A stretch of 64,000 bases of DNA from Lachnospiraceae bacterium GAM79 (GTDB taxonomy: Bacteria; Bacillota_I; Bacilli_A; RFN20; CAG-826), in NCBI GenBank assembly GCA_963619035.1, contig CAVEUC010000004.1:422-64421 (forward strand), given 5' to 3'. Below are positions 62,745 to 64,000 of this stretch, piece after piece. Under the pieces are notes generated by a model. It saw nothing but the letters and a program-made list of their open reading frames with translations, was not told the origin of the DNA and ran no database searches. The first letter of the stretch is position 1. Each line of letters begins with the position of its first letter. The position numbers and the translations under genes are program-made.

Positions 62745-63092
62745 TTTTGTTAATGAAGGAATAACTTCACCTACTAATATAATTTTGTTAGACATTTCTA
62801 GCACTCTACTAACACCTTCTTTTTTTAATCCATCTTTATCAACTTTACTTTGATCGATTAATTCAAGAGTTAATCTAGAACCATTTAAAGAATAGCTTTT
62901 AATATTTTCTTTTCCACCTAAATAAACATATATGCCTTCATCAGCTTCTTTAACATGTACTTTTAGTCCGTGTTTCTTTCTTTTAACAGTTAATAAAATT
63001 AATAATGTAACTACTAAAACAATAGCTAAACCGATTGGAATAAATATACATAATAATTTTGTAATTTCATCAATTAACACTATTGAACTCAT
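62730..63092 (-). CDS. Membrane-anchored PTS EIIB-like domain protein lacking the active-site Cys
   Basis: N-terminal TM segment followed by LGGKENIKSYSLNGSRLTLELIDQSKVD. This aligns with the EIIB motif GGxxNIxxxxxCxTRLR, with Asn at the Cys position. Confidence 0.6.
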   Translation of the reverse strand: MSSIVLIDEITKLLCIFIPIGLAIVLVVTLLILLTVKRKKHGLKVHVKEADEGIYVYLGGKENIKSYSLNGSRLTLELIDQSKVDKDGLKKEGVSRVLEMSNKIILVGEVIPSLTKLLGK

Positions 63093-63847
63093 AAAAACGC
63101 TCCCTTAACTTTTTTAAAATATTCTATGTTATTACTCAATATTTTTATCTTTTTATCTGATAAAGTAACAACTATATCAGTATAAATTTTACTTTTTAAA
63201 AAAGAAGAATCATATGAAACACCAAACGGAAACTTATCACTGACAGATATTGTAAATGTGGTGTTTCCAGACATAACTAAGCTAGAATGTAAAGCTTTAT
63301 ATTTTTTATTAATAACAGGAACTTTTTCAGAAAACTCTAATATCTCTAAATTAGAATCTATTAAACTTCCCCCAATTCCTTTACTAATTCCACTGCTTCC
63401 AATACTAGAAGCAATACAAACTCCATCAGCCTTAATATTTTCAAACAATTCATCATTAATTTTAATTTCAAATCTAGAACTAGTTCCGTTTAAAGATTCA
63501 ATTCTAATCTCATTCAACGAATAATAGCTCATTTTATTAAATTCAGTTTTAATCATTCTAATTTCTTTGATATTATTCTTTGAAATTAAAGGAAAAATAT
63601 TGGTTAAGTCATATTTACTAAATTCACATAAAAACCCTAAATTTCCAGTATTAATACCAACAAAAATCGGATTATATTCTTTATATAAATTAACTGCTCT
63701 TAAAAAAGTACCATCTCCACCAATAGAAAAAACTACATCAGGCATTTCTTTAACTTCAAAATACCCATTGTTATTTAATAATTCTATTAACAATTTTCTT
63801 ACTTCGTCTGATTCTTTAGTGTTTTTTGAAATAATTGAGTACTTCAT
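63089..63847 (-). CDS. nadK: NAD kinase
   Basis: GGDGTFLRA motif, and later NEIRIE and ADGVCIASSIGSSG blocks. Confidence 0.9.
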   Translation of the reverse strand: MKYSIISKNTKESDEVRKLLIELLNNNGYFEVKEMPDVVFSIGGDGTFLRAVNLYKEYNPIFVGINTGNLGFLCEFSKYDLTNIFPLISKNNIKEIRMIKTEFNKMSYYSLNEIRIESLNGTSSRFEIKINDELFENIKADGVCIASSIGSSGISKGIGGSLIDSNLEILEFSEKVPVINKKYKALHSSLVMSGNTTFTISVSDKFPFGVSYDSSFLKSKIYTDIVVTLSDKKIKILSNNIEYFKKVKGAFL

Positions 63848-63939
63848 ATCTTTAATTTAACCTTAATTTATTGTATCATAAAATATGTTTAGAAAGGAAT
63901 TTTATTTAGTGATTATAAAATTACTAAAAAGGTAAATTT

Positions 63940-64000
63940 ATGGCAGCAAATATTGAAATCGAAGCAAAAGTATTAATCAAAGAAGAGGAATATCATAATT
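63940..64000 (+). CDS. Start of a possible CYTH-domain protein (partial)
   Basis: MAANIEIEAKVLIKEEEYHN resembles the EIE(R/A)K(F/V)L start of CYTH/class IV cyclase-like proteins. It sits next to nadK, as B. subtilis yjbK does. Only 20 codons are visible. Confidence 0.35.
   Translation, partial: MAANIEIEAKVLIKEEEYHN

Overview
This is an AT-rich, gene-dense chromosomal segment of about 70 protein genes, mostly in minus-strand operons. It reads cleanly with the standard code: TGA acts as a stop, and long conserved ORFs such as uvrA are intact. The gene content suggests a low-GC, probably wall-less anaerobic Bacillota relative (Acholeplasma/Anaeroplasma-type Mollicutes or Erysipelotrichia). The supporting features are a clpB lacking its N-domain behind a perfect CIRCE operator, a uvrA-lgt-HAD-trxB-whiA-xre operon, many lipobox proteins, a surface nuclease and NfnAB plus an Fe-ADH. 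This taxonomic placement is inference only.

Recognisable content:
- **tRNAs:** a five-tRNA array (Ala, Met, a CAT tRNA that is probably Ile2, Ser, fMet).
- **Transport and metals:** an amino-acid ABC transporter behind a lysine (L-box) riboswitch, a CopA-type Cu ATPase, a SmtB/CzrA-type repressor with a Zn/Cd ATPase, a Ca/Mn-type P-type ATPase behind a yybP-ykoY (Mn) riboswitch, and TrkH with two RCK proteins.
- **Housekeeping:** pepT, smpB, uvrA, lgt, trxB, whiA, nnr, clpB, udk, surE, coaD, rsmD, def, RNase J, maf and nadK.
- **Surface and uncharacterised proteins:** several lipoprotein and membrane-protein clusters of unknown function.

I saw no rRNA, CRISPR array, transposase, integrase, recognisable defence genes or prophage remnants. 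I also cannot point to a convincing novel multi-gene system. The best candidates are three uncharacterised surface or membrane gene clusters at 5088-10521, 31729-36946 and 48597-50740.

The best-supported non-obvious signals are regulatory or RNA-level:
- two riboswitches;
- a CAT tRNA with C33;
- a recurrent -10 box/N6-9/ATG arrangement without a Shine-Dalgarno sequence at about 15 genes, suggesting leaderless mRNAs;
- a 20-nt palindromic element present at two loci;
- a CopA with DKTNT in place of DKTGT.
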